From: Marsupella aquatica | Lineage: Eukaryota; Plantae; Marchantiophyta | Direction of reading: 5' to 3' | Assembly (NCBI GenBank): GCA_973895155.1 | Contig: OZ316899.1 | Span: 1,077,573-1,141,572, forward strand | DNA length: 64,000 nucleotides | Shown: positions 61,350 through 64,000 of the stretch, in pieces | Layout: each line of letters opens with the position of its first letter | Position numbering within the stretch: the stretch's first letter is position 1 | The notes under the pieces: model-generated | Seen by the model: the letters and a program-made list of their open reading frames with translations, nothing else | The model's database searches: none | Told to the model about the DNA's origin: nothing | Position numbers and translations under genes: made by a program

Positions 61350-63150
61350 CATTAAAGTGGTAGCTTCAGGCACTGTGGATCTCGGGCGAGCAGCATGGGC
61401 ATTAGTAGAGTTGGAAGAATGCAATTTGGTGTAGTGAGCGTGTATGCTCCTCATTCCCCCAGAAGGAGGGCTATTCTTTGGAATGAATTAAAGCTGCTGC
61501 TGCCCCAGGCAAACTGGATTGTTTGTGGGACTTTAATATGACTAAGAGGCGGGTAGATTCTACTGGGAATTCTCCTTTTATCAAGGGCCGAGAAGCTGAG
61601 TTTCGGTGATTCTTTAAGGTGAGATTTAATTTGGTGGATGCAATACTCTTGAAGGGAGCAGCAAATGGGGCATGTTTTACCTGGCGCAGAAATAGGAACG
61701 GGAGCATGGTCCAATCCCGGCTGGACAGGTTCTATTTCAGTGATAATGGAGACTGGATTGAACAGCTGCTGAAGCTTGAGCATGACGGTGGTTCGGCCCT
61801 CTTGGATCATGACCCTATTGTGATTTGTGTGAGACTGGTTGATGGTCTGCGGGGGGACTGCCCTCGGAAAAGGATTAGACTCTTTAAGGCAAATCCGGCA
61901 CTATTGCTGATTGATGGTACAGTGGAGGCTTTGCAAGCGGCATGGTATGAAGGAAAAGGGTATTGCTCTGAACCGATACTGGCTTTTGACAAGGCTAGCA
62001 AGAACTTGAGACGAGTGTACATGGGGAAGCAGGCTTCACCCAAGAAGCAAGAGGAAGAGATGCTGCTATTGCGAAATCAGCTACGGGTGCTGAAGGTGGC
62101 GATTATGGAAGAGAGTTCAGAAAATGAACTGCAGGAGTACATTGAAACGGAAGACCTATTACACGCAGCGGAACTAGAGGAGGCACATAGAGTAAGACGG
62201 CTGGAAAGAATCAAGTGGCTGGGGGAGGGAGAGGAACCCTCTCGATTTTACTTTGCAACGGTAAAGGCAAAGCGGGAACGGGAGGCGATGAAGTACCTAA
62301 TGTTAGAGGGAGGGACGGTGATCACAGATGCGGGGATGATAATGAGAGAAGTTGAAAAGGTGTGCATTGAACTGTATGCCCCCGCTGCTCCCACTACTCA
62401 TGAGAGGGGAAATACTCTTAGGGAACGTGGCAGACTGCTAGAGCACACTTGGGCTTCTTTATCCATTGCGGAGACTGCAAGGCTGGAGGGGCTGCCAAGC
62501 GCTAAGGAAATCCAAGAGGTGCTTTGGGTACTCCCAAAAGATAAAGCCCCTGGCCCGGATGGACTTTCGGTGGAGGTATACCAGGCGTGTTGGGAATTCA
62601 TGAAAGAGGATCTGGTCGCCATGGTACAAGAGTTCTGGCTGACTGGGAAGCTGGCAAGTGGGATCAAGGAGGGGACGATTAAGTTCATACCCAAGAAGCC
62701 TGATAAGAGAATGCTGAAGGATTGGAGACCTTTAACTATGCTGAACACCATATACAAGCTGATTGCTAAAATATTGGCACTTCGATTAATCAGGATTCTG
62801 CCACAACTTATCAGCCCGTAGCAGACGGGCTTTATCCCCGGGAGAAATATTTTGGAAAACATTTCGCTGGCCTGGTTAACCTTTGACTGGCTGAAAAATA
62901 GGAAGCATGAGGCACTATTTCTTAAGCTAGATTTTGAGAAGGCGTTCGATAGAGTAGATCATGATTACATATGGGAGACGATGCATCTGTTAGGCATAAG
63001 CAGCAATTTTATTAAATTGGTACAGGCACTGTTGTCAAATTCAACGTCAAGGATTTACCTAAATGGGATGGTATCCACTGAGATTGAACTTAAAAGGGGA
63101 GTCAGACAGGGCTGTCCCCTATCACCGCTCCTGTTTGTAATCTCACTAGA
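61350..63150 (+). pseudogene. Non-LTR retrotransposon (L1/Tx1-like) ORF2 fragment: endonuclease and part of RT
   Basis: SVYAP, GDFN (frameshifted), SRLDRFY, DHDPI endonuclease motifs. KAPGPDG, WRPLTMLNTIYKLIAK, KLDFEKAFDRV, GVRQGCPLSPLLF RT motifs. TAG at 62819; truncated both ends. Confidence 0.92.
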
Positions 63151-64000
63151 AGAAACCCACCCATTCTGAGACCCTCCCCTATGTGACTTGTGCGAGACCT
63201 TCATAAATATGCGACTCCAAGTTTGTGGGTGTCATGTTAGTTACATCATACCAACTAAGTTTTGGTGAGGTTGTGGGAAGTCATGCTTACAACTTTATCC
63301 AATGTCGCTATTGTAACACTGGTAAGTAAGAAATAGGTAAGTTATGTTAGTTACTCCACAATAGTGCAATATGAATTGGACATCATTTTTTAAAATTCTG
63401 TCAGCATGCATACCCCATTAGCCAATTTCAGATGCCAATCCCTAATATGCAACTCCCGGTGCAACTACATATTGCACACTCATGGTTCAATAAGTCCAAA
63501 TATAATGGGTATAAATATGGGGGTTTTCATCAGAATGGTGGGTACTTTCACTTATAATGTGGATTCATACCTGACTATATTTGGCCTTGTTCTTGACCAA
63601 AGTGCACTCTCCCCACATTGAACTTTTTGCTAAGTCATTTGCATTGGTTCTTTTATGTCCAAACCAACCTGTTTGCTAAGTCACTCGATGGCTGCCCACA
63701 TGTGAGGGGTACTACTTTCCCTCAGGGTCAGTGTACCTTGGAGGTTGGTTTTGCGAGAGATTTTGGGGGTACTACTTGCCCTAAGTGTTCAGGGTCAGTG
63801 TGCCGCAGAGGTTGGTTTTGCGAGGGAAATTGGGAGTCGACGACCTTCATTCCAGCTGCACTCTTCACGAACTTCCTGCAGGGTCGTTTGAAAGTGTTTG
63901 AGCGCGACTGGACTTTAGGGTGCAAATGTGTTTAGGATTGGGCCTGCTACGAGCATCAGTGTGGAGGTCTGCCAATCAGTTTTGAGGGGAGTCCATTGTC

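Noticed and set aside
63406-63935. Short ORFs at the right edge of the window
   Set aside because: No recognisable motifs, and they are too short to call.

Overview
This is a transposon-dense eukaryotic window with no ordinary housekeeping genes. It is a land plant, judged from GT-AG introns, a plant tRNA-Asn primer binding site (PBS), NLR-type LRRs and a CACTA end; bryophyte is a guess. The window is a nested stack of mobile elements. (1) A complete Ty3/Gypsy non-chromovirus element (13809-27909, TSD TCAAC) has an intact 1994-aa gag-pol and ~4-kb LTRs. Each LTR contains the TATA box followed by a ~880-aa protein ORF, and three more copies or relatives of this LTR-borne ORF lie at 60-2375, 9727-12236 and 55418-57272. 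(2) That Gypsy sits inside a 42.2-kb DNA transposon (12237-54433; ~25.7 kb without nested inserts) with 25-bp TIRs and a TGGA target duplication, which split an older LTR. Its contents are a decayed Sola-like DDD transposase, a decayed spliced gene fusing a ParB-like domain to a beta-class N4C/N6A DNA methyltransferase, an apparently intact 4-exon Plavaka transposase, an LRR fragment, and about 25 copies of a CGATAAATTTATCG palindrome. (3) The flanks hold decayed Gypsy pol fragments, solo or partial LTRs, a CACTA terminus and a LINE ORF2 fragment. The two strongest candidates for an undescribed system are the giant TIR transposon with its ParB-methyltransferase gene and palindrome array, and the protein-coding LTR lineage. 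All family assignments come from motif recognition by eye; no database search was run.
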